Positions 26,030-38,115 of a DNA stretch of 64,000 nt are shown here, in pieces (the stretch's first letter is position 1; each line of letters opens with the position of its first letter). Both the position numbers and the translations under genes were made by a program. Origin of the DNA: the human T2T-CHM13v2.0 reference genome, Homo sapiens; assembly GCF_009914755.1 (NCBI RefSeq), contig NC_060928.1. One strand, given 5' to 3'. Below the pieces are notes generated by a model. The model saw only the letters and a list, made by a program, of their open reading frames with translations, did not search any database and was not told the DNA's origin.

Positions 26030-26715
26030 CTCCTCCGACTCCACTGGCTTTTCACCACTGTCAGGTCTTCACGGGGGAGGCCTAGGCTGGGCGGGGACCG
26101 GTCTCCTTCCGCCACCACCTTCCACGACAGGCTCGATTCGTCCCTCGCATGCTGCCCTCCCAGCCTGGCCCTGCAGCAGACACTTCTGCCCTGGGCCCCG
26201 GTCTCAGTGACAGGTCCACATCTTCTCACCGTCTCTCCTCGGACATCCAGGAGGCCCCTCAGACTTAAGTACCAAACAAGACTTGGATTCTCCCCTCGCC
26301 TCCAGTGTACCCCTCCCTCAGTCTGCCACATCTCAGGAAGGGATGTCCCTGTCCCTTCTGCTTGAGCCCACACCCTCTGATACTCCACGTCAGCAAGCTC
26401 CTGGGCTCGGCCTTCAAAATCCCTGAGTTTACACTTTCTCACCCCCATTGCTGCAGCCTGCCCTCGTCCCCATCTCTTGCCTGGAGCACCACAGAGCCTC
26501 CAGCTGCCCCTGCCCTGCCCTGTCCATGCACCTGCCAGAGTGAGCAGCGCCATCCTAGCCGCCCCTGCTCTTTGCCCCATGGCTTTCTGCCTTGGACTGG
26601 GCTCTGCGGGGCAGGGCTGCCAGTTTGGGGTTTGCATGTTGATTTTGTACATCCAGCATCTCAGGATGGCTCGCCACGTCATGGGGGCTCAGCAGATGCT
26701 TTGCCAAGTGAGTGG
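26030..26715 (+). mobile_element. L2 3' portion (GC-drifted)
   Basis: Collinear with L2 consensus landmarks: ggacatcc..cctcagacttaa, catctcag, tcagcaagctcctg..ccttcaaaat, gcctgga, and terminal gctcagcagatgctttgccaagtgagtg (cf. gctcaataaatatttgttgaatgaatg). Confidence 0.7.
26681..26707 (+). CDS. Candidate alternative first coding exon segment (MGAQQMLCQ) in frame with the RGS12 microexon
   Basis: Strong Kozak gtcATGG, 9 codons, phase-0 donor CAA|GTGAGT; further in-frame ATGs upstream to 26579. No transcript evidence available. Confidence 0.35.
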
Positions 26716-26959
26716 GAGCGTTCTCAGCTTGCGTTCGCCATGCACCGCCTGTCCCTGTGGGCAGAGCAGTTCATAACCCCGTAACCAACCCATGGGTATG
26801 CCAGACACCGCCAAGGGGGCTGCCAGGAGGGGTCGGAGCTCAGGGGCCAGACTGAGGGAGACAGGAGGCTCAGAGACCAGGGTTTAGCTGCACGGGAGGT
26901 CATTTTGAGACAGTCGCTGAGTCTTGGTTCATATGAGGAAACGTTTCCCTGGGCGTGAA

Positions 26960-27481
26960 CTCCAGCCTCATCTCCAGCCCTCATCTCCAGCCCTCATCTC
27001 CAGCCTCATCTCCAGCCCTCATCTCCAGCCCTCATCTCCAGCCCTCATCTTCAGCCCTCATCTTCAGCCCTCATCTCCAGCCTCATCTCCAGCCCTCATC
27101 TTCAGCCCTCATCTCCAGCCTCATCTCCAGCCTCATCTCCAGCCTCATCTCCAGCCTCATCTCCAGCCCTCATCTCCAGCCTCATCTCCAGCCCTCATCT
27201 CCAGCCTCATCTCCAGCCTCATCTCCAGCCCTCATCTCCAGCCTCATCTCCAGCCCTCATCTCCAGCCCTCATCTCCAGCCTCATCTCCAGCCCTCATCT
27301 CCAGCCTCATCTCCAGCCCTCATCTCCAGCCTCATCTCCAGCCCTCATCTCCAGCCTCATCTCCAGCCCTCATCTCCAGCCCTCATCTCCAGCCCTCATC
27401 TCCAGCCCTCATCTCCAGCCTCATCTCCAGCCCTCATCTCCAGCCTCATCTCCAGCCCTCATCTCCAGCCTCATCTCCAGC
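26960..27481 (+). repeat. Minisatellite, about 41 units of CTCCAGCCTCAT (12 nt) and CTCCAGCCCTCAT (13 nt)
   Basis: Directly visible; three units carry a CTTCAG variant. Confidence 0.98.
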
Positions 27482-27950
27482 ACGGGATGAGCTCCTGGTG
27501 GCCAGCTGTGTTACGCCAGTCCCTGTCCAGAACCTCTCAGCACAGCTGACTTTTACACTCATCTTTCCTTGCGGGGGGTTGGCACTGACACATTGGAAAC
27601 CTGAGTCACGAATGTCGGCCTGGATGCCTGGCAGCCTGCCACCTGTCTGCATGCTGGAGGGCCCTTGGCTTCTGAGACTGGGCGAGCTGAGGAGGGCAAA
27701 GGCCTGTGTGGTGTTTGTCCCAACAGAGGGTTATGGTGTGACAAGGAGGAGCATCCCAAAGTCAGATGGCCCCTACTGCTGTCCCAGGAGGACACTACTT
27801 TGGGCTCAAAAGTTGTCAGAATATATTATCTTAGGCTCCGCCAAGGATATGAAATGAATATTAGCTGCTGCTGCTTTGAAAGGCTGTCATTTTGGTTTTT
27901 GCCCTGGTTCAGTTCCTTCTGATTTTATTCAAGGTTGAAAAGCTCCTTGG

Positions 27951-27951
<1 letters not shown>

Positions 27952-27981
<30 letters not shown>
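27952..27981 (+). repeat. (AC)15 microsatellite
   Basis: Perfect dinucleotide run. Confidence 0.97.
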
Positions 27982-27983
<2 letters not shown>

Positions 27984-28701
27984 TAAAGGGAGAAGCGCAG
28001 GTCTGTGTCTCAGCCCCAGGTGTGCTGCCCTCCCCGCAGACCGTGGTGGCTGCTCTGCCAGGCGAGGTTGCACGTGGGAGCTGGGCTGCAGTGAGGAGGG
28101 CACCATGCTGAGGAGTGGAGAGGGAGATGGAACAGGAGGGGACTGGGTCCCTCTGTGCAGGGGCCATCGAAGTCCTTGCGCTGCCACCCTGGGGGGAGAC
28201 ACGTGCCCTCCAAGACCCTGCTCACAGGCATGCACATGCACTGTGTCCACACACAGACTTGCAGCTCAGAAGTGGGGTTCACAGACAGCACGGGCCTGGA
28301 GACATGCTGCATGCTTCCCTTCCGTGTTGTTCTGTTTCATCCCATTTCATTTTTCAAAAAATGCTGCTCACAGACTGTGAATTGATTTGCCGGTCCCTTG
28401 GAGGGTCATGGCTGGGTCTGAAGACCCCTGTGCTAGTGGAGCAGAGAGCACCCCAGCATGTGGGAGTGCAGTGAGCCACTAAGCCAGGGCATCTTCTCCT
28501 GAACACTCACTCTGTGCTGCACTCAGCCTTGCCCGCCTCAGAGACCCTCCCAGATGCACCTTTCCGAGGCCTCAGTCTCAGCCTCTGGCGTGGATGCTGT
28601 GCTCTTCTGCATTTAGTCCAGCAAGAGATTGCCTTGAAATATGAATGATGAAATTTTAAAAGGTAAAGCATATATTAGGTGCAAATTGGATTGTTAAATT
28701 C

Positions 28702-29058
28702 TTTTTTTTTTTTTTTTGAGACAGGGTCTCACTCTGCCACCCAGGCTGGAGTGCAGTGGTGTGATCACGGCTCACTGCAGCCTTGATTTTCTTCCAGCAG
28801 GAAGGGACTGGGTCCCTCTGTGCAGGAGCCATCAGAGTCCCAGCTACTTAGGGGGCTCAAGCGATCCTCCTGCCTCAGCCCCCCAAGTAGCTGGAGCTAT
28901 AGGCACACACCACCACACCCAGCTAATTTTTGTATTTTTTGTAGTGGCAGTGTCTTGCCATGTTGCCCAGGCTGGTCTCGAACTCCTGAGCTCAAGTGAT
29001 CCTCCTTTCTAGGCCTCCTAAATTCTGGGATTACAGGCATGAGTCACGATGCCCAGCT
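28702..29058 (-). mobile_element. Alu (AluJ-like) carrying an internal insertion of about 60 bp
   Basis: TSD attgttaaattctt / attattaaattctt; non-Alu and inverted sequence at about 28794-28853. Confidence 0.93.
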
Positions 29059-29914
29059 GATTATTAAATTCTTAATTCATTTATTTATATTTCTTCTCTT
29101 TGTATTGAAAACATTTAGTGCATTTGAGCACCTTGCAGGCCTTTGGTCCGTTTTTTTAGGAACATCAAGTGGTGATTGAATAGTTTTTATGTTCAAGGTA
29201 GAAAATTTTGTCAGTGGCTGAAAATGAAAAATGTATATTACAGTATATTACTGTAAACCAATAGAATTTGGAAATTATGTGTTTTAATAATTCCTTTTGT
29301 CTAGTGTTACTAACAATAAACCTTAATAAAGGTTAGATTCTTCATGTGACACTACTCATATAAATAATTTAAAACTTTCAAAACATTCATTTCAAAATAT
29401 CCGTGAATGTGGGTGGCCCAGACAGACTGCCTGCAGAGGAGCAGTTGAGTCCTTGTCAGCTGAGCTGCCGCGTTCAAGAGACCCACCGAGGAGCAGAGGT
29501 TGTGTGGACTTAAGTTACATTTTAAAATACTTCGTCAGTTTCTTTAAAACAGAAATGTGTTTACTTGAGTGTAAATTCCAATTCTGGAGGCATGTTATAG
29601 AAATTTTTAGAGCTGTTTAATTACGGTATATGTTTAAATTGTAAGCACCGAAAAGTGCTGACTTACTGGGGTCTTTTTCCATGGGTGGCTTTGTTTTTGT
29701 GGCTGTACTTTTTTTGTAAGTATAATGTGTATATATGGAAATTTGGGAAGAATCCAAGAAGTATAGGCCAATGAAAACAAGTTATTAATACAAATAGTAC
29801 TGTATATGAGAGTACACATTAGGAATGCTGTGCTTTAATGCATAAACATGTTTACAGTGGTCCACATGTGCCAGGAGATGTGGGAATGGCTACCCCTGAA
29901 GTCATATGGAGAAA

Positions 29915-30692
29915 TGGGGTCCTCATCGCACACCATACACAAACATCATCTCACAAATGGATTAAAGACACTTAAGACCTGAAACCAAAAAAACTCCTAG
30001 GAGAAAACACAGGGGAAAGCTCCATGACATCAGTTTCGGCAATGATTTTTTTTTGGACATGACACTAAAAGAACAAGCAACAAAACTAAAAGTAAACAGG
30101 TGGGATTACATTGAAGTAAAAAGTTTCTGCACAACAAAGGAAACAACCAACAAAATGAAAAACGAACCTGTGAATGGGAGAAAATACTTGCAAACTGTAT
30201 ATCCAGTAAGGGGTTAATATCCAAATACATAAGGAACTCATACAACTCAGTGGCAAAAACCAAATAACCCAATTGAAAAATGGCAAAGAGCCATAGTAGA
30301 CATTTTTCCAGAGAAGCTCTACAGATGGCCAACAGGTATATGCAGAGGTCTCAGCATCACCCATCACCAGAGAAATGCAGTCACAACAGTGAGCTGTCAC
30401 TGCATGTCTGTAGAATGGTTGTTATCAGAAAGGCAAAAGATAACAAGTGTGGGTGAGGATAGGAGAAGAGGGAACCCTTGCACTGTTGGTGAGAATGTAA
30501 ATTGTACAGCCATTGTGGAAAACAGCATGGAGGTTCCTTGAAAAATTAAATATGGAACTACCATATGATCCACTACTGGGTATATCTCCAGAGGAAATAA
30601 AATCAGTCTCTCATAGTTGTGCTCCCATGTTCATGGAAGTGTTAATCACAATAGCTAAGATATGAAAACCTAAGGGATAAAGGAAATGTGCG

Positions 30693-30726
<34 letters not shown>

Positions 30727-31185
30727 AGAGAGAGAATGAGAATAGCATATTCTGCCTTAAAGGAACTCCTGCCATTTGCAACAACATGGATGAAGCCAAA
30801 CATGTGTGGCTTCACTTACATGTGGACTCTAAAAACATTGAATTCATGGACGCAGAGAGTAGATTGGTGCTTACCAGTGCCTGGCGGTAGTGGTGGAGAG
30901 ATGTTGGACACAGGATACAGACTTCCAATTATAAGATGAATAAGTTCTAGAGACCTGATGTACAGCTTGGTGGTTGTAGTTAATAATGCTGCATTTATTG
31001 TATGCTTGAAATTTGCTAAGAGAGTAAATCTTAATTTGCTAAGAGAATAGATTCTCACCACACACAAAAAAGGCAACTAAGTGAGGTGGTGGAGGTACAT
31101 GTTAATTCACTTGATTGTGATAATCATATTACAGTGTATACATATATTAAAATATCATATCACATACATTAAATAAAAATTTAAT
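29915..31185 (+). mobile_element. L1 (L1MA-like) 3' end
   Basis: ORF2 C-terminal region and 3' UTR landmarks (ggaactaccatatgatcc; ataagatgaataagttctagagacct). Confidence 0.88.
30694..30724 (+). repeat. (TG)15 microsatellite within L1
   Basis: Perfect dinucleotide run. Confidence 0.95.
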
Positions 31186-31194
31186 ATTACCTGT

Positions 31195-33449
31195 TGTATT
31201 AGTCTGTTCTCGTGCTGCTATGAAGAAATACTTGAGACTGGGTAATTTTTAAAGGAAAGAGGTTTGATTAACTCACAGTTTCACATGGCTGGGGAGGCCT
31301 CAGGGAACTTACAATCATGATAGAAGGGGAAGCAACCATGTCCTTCTTCATATGGCAGTAGGAGAGAGAAGTGCCAAGCAAAAGGGGGAAAGCCCCTTAT
31401 AAAACCGTCAGCTGTCATGAGAACTCACTCACTATCACCAGGGGGTAACTGCCCCCATGATTCAATTACCTCCCACTGACTCCCTCCCATGACACATGGG
31501 GATTATGGGAACTACAATTCAAGATTAGGTTTGGGTGGTGACATAGCGAAACTGCATCGTTCCACCCCTGACCCCTCCAAAATCTCATATCCTCACATTT
31601 TGAAACACAATCATGCCCTTCCAACAGTTCCCCCAAAGTCTTAACTCATTCTAGCATTAACTCAAAAGTCCAAGTCCAAAGTCTTATCTGAGACAAGGCA
31701 AGTCCCTTCTGTCTATGAGCCTATAAAATCAAAAGCAAGTTAGTTGCTTCCAGGATACAATCGGATTACAGGTATTGGGTCTATATCCCCATTCCAAATG
31801 GGAGAAATTGGCCATAACAAAGGGGCTGCAGGCCCCATGCAAGTCCAAAATGCAATAGGGCAGTCATTAAACCAAAATGATCTCCTTTGACTCCCATGTC
31901 CCACATCCAGGGCATGCTGATGCAAGAGGTGGGCTCCCACGGCCTTGGGCATCTCTGCCTCTTTGGCTTTGCAGGGTACACTTCCCCTCCAAGCTGCTTT
32001 CACGGGTTGGCATTGAGCGTCTGCAGCTTTTCCAGGTGCATGATGCAAGCTGTTGGTGGATCTACCATTTTGAGGTGTGGAGGAGGGTGGCCCTCTTCTC
32101 CCAGCTCCACTAGGCAGTGTCCCAGTGGGGACTCTGTGTGGGGACTCTAACCCCACATTTCCCTTTCACACTGCCCTAGCAGAGGTTCTGCACGAGGGCC
32201 CCACCCCTGCAGCTAACTTCTACTTGGACATCCAGGCATTTCCATGCATCCTCTGAAATCTAGGCAGAGGTTCCCAAACCTCAATTCTTGACTTCTTTGC
32301 CCAATACCACATGTAAGCTGCCAAGGCTTGAGGCTTTCACCCTCTGAAGCAATGGCCTGAGCTCTACGTTAGCCCCTTTTATCCATGGCTGGAGCTGAAG
32401 CAGCTGGGATTCAGGGCACCATGTCCTGAGGTTGCATAGAGCAGGGAGGCCTTGGGTCCAGCCCAGGAAACAATTTTTCCCTCCTCGGCCTCCAGGCCTG
32501 TGATGAGAGGGGCTGCCCCAAAGGTCTCTGATGTGCCCTGGAGACATTTTCATCATTGTCTCAGTGATTAACATTTGGCTCCTTATTACTTATGCAAATT
32601 TATGCAGCAGGCTTGAATTTCTCCCCAGAAAATTTTTTCTTCTTTTCTGTCACATCGTCAGGCTGCAAATTTTTCAAACTTTTATGTTCTGCTTCCTCTT
32701 GAATGCTTTGCTGCTTAGAAATTTCTTCTGCATGACACCCTAAATCATCTCTCTTACGTTCAAAGTTCCGCAGATATCTAGGGCAGGGACAAAGTGCCAT
32801 CAGTCTCTTTGCTAAAGCATAGCAGGAGTGACCATTACTCTACTTCCCAACAAGTTCCTCATCTCTGTCTGAGACCATCTCAGCCTGGACTTCGTTGTCC
32901 ATATCACTGTCAGCATTTTGGTCAAAGCCATTCAACAGATCTCTAGGAAGTTCAAACTTTCACACATATTTCTGTCTTCTTCTGAGCCCTCCAAACAGTT
33001 CCAACCTCTGCCTGTTACCCAGTTCCAAAGTCACTTGCACATTTTCAGATATCTTTACGGCAGCACCCTACTTCTGGTAGCAATTTACTATATTAGTCTG
33101 TTATCATGCTGCTGTGAAGAAATACCTGGGACTGGGTAATTTATAAAGGAAATGGGTTTAATTGACTCACAGTTCCACATGGCTAGGGAGGCCTCCGGGA
33201 ACTTACAATCATGGCAGAAGGGAAAGCAAACACGTCCTTCTTCACATGGTGGCAGTAGAGAGAAGTGCTGAGCAAAAGAGGGACTAACCCCTTATAAAAC
33301 CGTCAGATCTTGTGAGAACTCACTATCACAACAGCATGAGGGTAACTGTTCCCATGATTCAGTTACCTCCCAACTGGGTGCCTCCCACAACACGGGATTA
33401 TTGGAACTACAAGATGAGATTTCGGTGGGGACACAACAAAACCATATCA
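31195..33449 (-). mobile_element. Full-length THE1 (THE1C-like) MaLR element: LTR 33089-33449, internal 31560-33088, LTR 31195-31559
   Basis: Two direct-repeat LTRs of about 360 bp (t(g/a)tattagtctgtt...ccatatca), THE1-int between them, 5-bp TSD cctgt/cctgg. Confidence 0.93.
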
Positions 33450-34229
33450 CCTGGACATCAAACTGCTGTCCTCCAAGTTTTCATACTTTCAGAGAAATTG
33501 GTCATGACTTTTCCTGACAAGATTACTTAATTTGCAAAGAGATCATTTATAATTACCATGAATCTTACTGCTTTTGTTTAATGAATATACCTGGGAGTGA
33601 GAGAGCTGTGCACTGTGTAAACTGAGGTCCAGCCACCTGTATGTGAAGGCCAGAGGCTTCCCTGCCAGCACCCAGCACCACTTTGTACACCACAAAGTTT
33701 TATTTGTCAAAAAATAGTCGTAACGTCACCGTTCAAGGGCGGTTGACTGCTGTTAGCTTTGGATATTGTTCCTTTGTGGCTAGTTACGTCTTTTCAGTAT
33801 TTAAGAGTGTATTTTCACAGATCTTACATTTTAAAGAAAATTTTACATATTTGTGATTATACCATGATATCATTTTGCATTATTTTTTCCACTTGCATTG
33901 ATGACATAACTTCTAAAAGTTCTTGTCAGAGATATAATGTCCCTTTTTGAAATGAAGAAAGGAACCGCAAGGTGCCCTCTCCTTCCCTGCCCTTCCTGAT
34001 GCTGAGACAAGCCCTCAGTCCCTCTGCCTCCTCCTCAGCTCCACTCCTGAGCACAGACAAGCCCAGCCGTGGCCTGGAAGCGACACTGATGATTAGTATA
34101 TCTGTGCTGAGTGCCGACTGGATGCTGTGCTGAGCCACTGTGGTGGGTGTCTTGATTCCTGTGACCACCTTGGGAGATCAACATCATGGGATCCACTGAA
34201 AAGTCTTGCTGGCTTGCATTAGTCCTGCT

Positions 34230-34760
34230 CACAGCACCATTTGTAGGTGACGGTCTTCAGGAGTTCTCCACAGTCGTTTTTGAATCTCAGATCCTGAGGA
34301 GACCACCTCAGTTCTCTGCTGCTCTCTCTCTCTCCTCCTTATTTTCTCTGCCCATCCCTCTGTACTGTGGTCAGTGTAATTGTTTTCAGTTCCATCTTCC
34401 AGTTCCCAAATCCTCTCTTCAACTGCCTAATCTCTGTTTAGCCTTCCTATTGAATCTTTAACTTCACTTACTGTATTTTCACTGTCGGACATTCCATATG
34501 GTTCTGTTTCCGACCTGCACTGTGCTCGTGTTCTGCTTCAGCCTTTGTTTCTCGACAGCTTCACAGATGGTTACTCAACGCTCTGCATTAGATTGTTCCC
34601 ATGTCTGAGACTCTGCTCATTGTTGTCTCTGCTGATACCCACTCATGCTGGGCTTCTCCTTGGGTTTTTCATAGTGAACTCATATTCGAGTGGGCTCACT
34701 ATCTGGAACTCCTGAGGGCCCCTGTTGGGCTGTTTTCTTTCTGGAAGGATTTGCATTAAT
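34230..34760 (-). mobile_element. Ancient L1 5'/ORF1-region fragment
   Basis: Degenerate motifs (ctcttcaactgcctaatctctgtttagccttcctattgaat...gtattttca) typical of antisense L1M. Confidence 0.45.
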
Positions 34761-35001
34761 ATATGTGGCTTCCAGGAGTGTTGCACCTAGGACAACACTA
34801 CTCCCCGAGGGCCATGGCTGAGCTGGATGGAGGATCTCAGGTTGAGGGGACAACCGTGCTGTGGCTGAGGCTCACTGCGGGCTACCCGGCCCTAGTGGCA
34901 TTGGCATTTTCTAACTGCTTCCCCCTCTGTTCCTTCCTCGTCTCTTTTCAGGGATTTCCCTTTACTCTTTTTGGAGTAGCGGTATATTAAAAAGCATGTT
35001 T

Positions 35002-35290
35002 GGGTGGGGCATGGAGGCTCACACCTGTAATCCTAGCACTTTGAGAGGTCAAGGTGGGAGGATTGCTTGAGGCCAGGAATTCAAGACCAGCCTGGGCAAC
35101 AGAATGAGACCCCATCTCTACAAAAAATACACAAAGTAGCTGAGCATGTTGGTGAACTCCTGGATCCCAGCTACTTAGGAGGCTGACATGGGAGGATTGC
35201 TCAAACCCAGGAGGATTGAGGCTGCAATGAGCCATCATTATGCCACTGTACTCTATCCTGGTGACAGAGCGAGACTGTCAAAAAAAAAAA
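35002..35290 (+). mobile_element. Alu (AluJ-like)
   Basis: Dimer with poly(A); TSD aaaaagcatgt / aaaaagtatgt. Confidence 0.93.
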
Positions 35291-35833
35291 GTATGTGTAT
35301 CTCTCTACTGTCTTTAAAATAATTTTTTCCATAAATTTAAAGCTGTTTGAAAAGGTAAAGTTTACTTTTAAAACAGCTCTACACTTTACCTGCATCCGTG
35401 CACTGTCTTAGAGCCTCCCAGAGGCTCTGGTCTAGCCCTACGTGCCCGCAGCCTGTGCCCATCACAGGAGCAGCGATGGCCCATGCCCATATTCTTTGGC
35501 CTCTCAGTGGGCATCACACACTCCCTGGCCACCTTCTCCTTCAGTCTGTTTGGCCTCTGGGACACTCCTCTCTCCTGGTTCTCAAGTTTCAGCTAATTTG
35601 GGGGATGTAAATGCTGCGTGTATAGAGGTTTTCTAGAGCACTTTGTTCGGCCTGCCAGATTCTGAGAATTGAATTTTACTCATGAGCGTGACATGAAGTG
35701 AAACACCTCCTTCATATTTATGAAGTTTACATTTTATGATTTATCTTTCAGATCTTATTGACAGCATTTCTGATTTTGTGTATGGCCTTGTGGATTTTCT
35801 TCTCATAATCTCAAAGGTATAGATTGCCTGTGA

Positions 35834-36147
<314 letters not shown>

Positions 36148-37628
36148 TAGATTGCGACATGATTGTGGATGATTTATTGCGGGCATGGAAGGAATGACAG
36201 CCTTCCAAAATGTGTATGTCAGCATCTGTGACGTGGCTGCCCCAGAGCCTCTGATAAAAACCAGTTCCTGCGGCTGAGGGCCAAGGGCCACATGGTGGCT
36301 TCAGGGGTGTGTGCTCTTTCCCCTTCCTGGCCAATGAGAGGACAGTGAAGAGATGGATGCAGGCTGCTGTGTGTTTTCACTACTGGGAAGTGGGTTGGGG
36401 GGCAGGACCCTCCGAAGCTGGCCCCAGGTGGTCTCACACAGTGCCTGTCAGGGGGCTTACTTTGGGTGCCAGAGGACAGACTCTGCGGGGGAGGAGGATG
36501 CGCATAGCTGGTGTAGGTCGCAGGGCCAGGGCTGGCAGTGGACCCCGGATGGCCAGGCTGCGTCGGGGCATGGTTGCCCTTGCCGGCAGGCTGGGAGGCA
36601 GGGCTGGGGCCCTGTGCCGAGGTTGGGGTGGTCAGACAGGATGTGCAGAATTCCAGTGGGTGTACCGCTCGTGTTAAAACCCATACAGTGTGTGTCCCGG
36701 AGGGCCACACGGTAGGGGCAGCAGCTGGAAGCCCTGGCTCCTTTTCCTTGGTCCCCTCCCCCTTGGGAGGTTCCTCTGGGCCTCACTTGTTTGGACTTTG
36801 GCGTGGGGGGGTCTTAAAGCCCCAGTGACCTCCACTTCTCGGGAGTGGCCAGGAGGTACCAGGTTGCCCATCACGGCAGCACCTTCTCGTTCGCTCCCCT
36901 GGCCCTGGCAGCCCTCGCCTTGGCAGAGAGGAGGACAGAAGTGGGTCCTTGCCAGGCCGTCTGGGAGGTCCCCGCAGGAAGGGGTTCCTGCCTAGATAGC
37001 AGCAGAGTGCCTGCCCAGGGATCAGATCAAACACGGGTTTGTCCAGCCTCTGGAGCTCCATTCTGCTCACCCCCTCTCACTTCCTGGCATCCGTGTCCCC
37101 TGGTGAGCCAGCCTCTTCTGATTCCTCTCCTTCCTGGGCTGAGTCCTGGGCTTGTCCCGTACCTGCCTGACGGCTCTGCGCCCTGGGCCCTTCCTGCCAG
37201 TGCAGTGCCAGGTCGCCCTGATCAGGGCTCCCGTTGGGGCCGCCGTGGCTTCCTGTTCTTTTCGGCTTCCTCCTGGCTCAGCTGACTGTCTCGAGTTCTC
37301 GGCCTCCTCCTGGTCACGCTGGCCTTCCGGTACCGCCTGCCACCCCTCCTTCATAACTTGACTTGTCTGTTCTTGTCCCTGGTGCCTTTAAGCCAGCCAC
37401 CCTGCTCTCCTCCAGCCCCTTCCACTGTTCCAAGCCCCTTCCTCGGAGGCGTCTCCCCAACCCTCCTGCTGGTGGCCGCTCTTGCACTGCTTGGGTGGGC
37501 GGGCACCAGATCCGGGGCTTGGCTCTGGGCTTGACTCCTCTGCTGCCACCCTGAGTGGTCATTGCGCCTCTCTAGGCCCCGTTCCACTCCTGTGGGAGGG
37601 CAGTGATGCTGGAGAGCGTGAGGGGCGG

Positions 37629-37755
37629 CGAGTATGGCCCTGGGTGGCGTCATGGCACACAGGCACTGAGTGGACTGTTGGTGGCTGCCCCCGAGTGTGG
37701 TCCTGGGTGGCGTCACGGCACGTGGGCACTGAGTGGGCTGTTGGTGGCTGCCCCC
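37629..37755 (+). repeat. Two-copy 63-bp tandem duplication
   Basis: cgagt.tgg.cctgggtggcgtca.ggcac..ggcactgagtgg.ctgttggtggctgcccc twice. Confidence 0.9.
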
Positions 37756-38093
37756 AGTGTGTGTGTCACTTACAGGGCATGATGCTACTGAAGTTTGTGA
37801 AGTTGGTTTCATTGACGCTGTTACTAAGACTGTAATGTCAGACATGTTGGGATCTGTTCTTTTCACATGAAAAGGATGACTTCCTCTTGTTGGGTGTCAC
37901 CTAGTTTGGGCGGAGTGGGAGCCGTGACTCTTGACTCATTGGGCCGTCTGGCTTTCCCGGGACACCTCCACCTGGAGAGTGCCTCTGAGAACCTCCCAGA
38001 GTCTGCCCCTTGTGTTCCTCAGATGGACTTTTCGTTTCCTGGAGTTTTGTCATGAGGCTTAATTAACTCATGTCTCTCTCTCTTTTCTTTCAG

Positions 38094-38115
38094 TCTGCAA
38101 CTGTGTCTGATGGCG
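38094..38115 (+). CDS. RGS12: RGS12 22-nt coding microexon (SATVSDG+G; phase 0 to phase 1)
   Basis: Branch-like TTAAC at 38063-38067, polypyrimidine tract tctctctctcttttctttcag, donor GCG|GTAAGT; peptide matches RGS12 ...SATVSDGELTG.... Confidence 0.92.

Noticed and set aside
25711-26682. 323-aa ORF on the - strand (longest in the window)
   Set aside because: Mostly antisense GC-drifted L2 and GC-rich intron; no recognisable domain.
26924-27857. 188- and 300-aa Ser/Pro/His/Leu-rich ORFs
   Set aside because: Translation of the 12/13-mer minisatellite, which is stop-free on the + strand.
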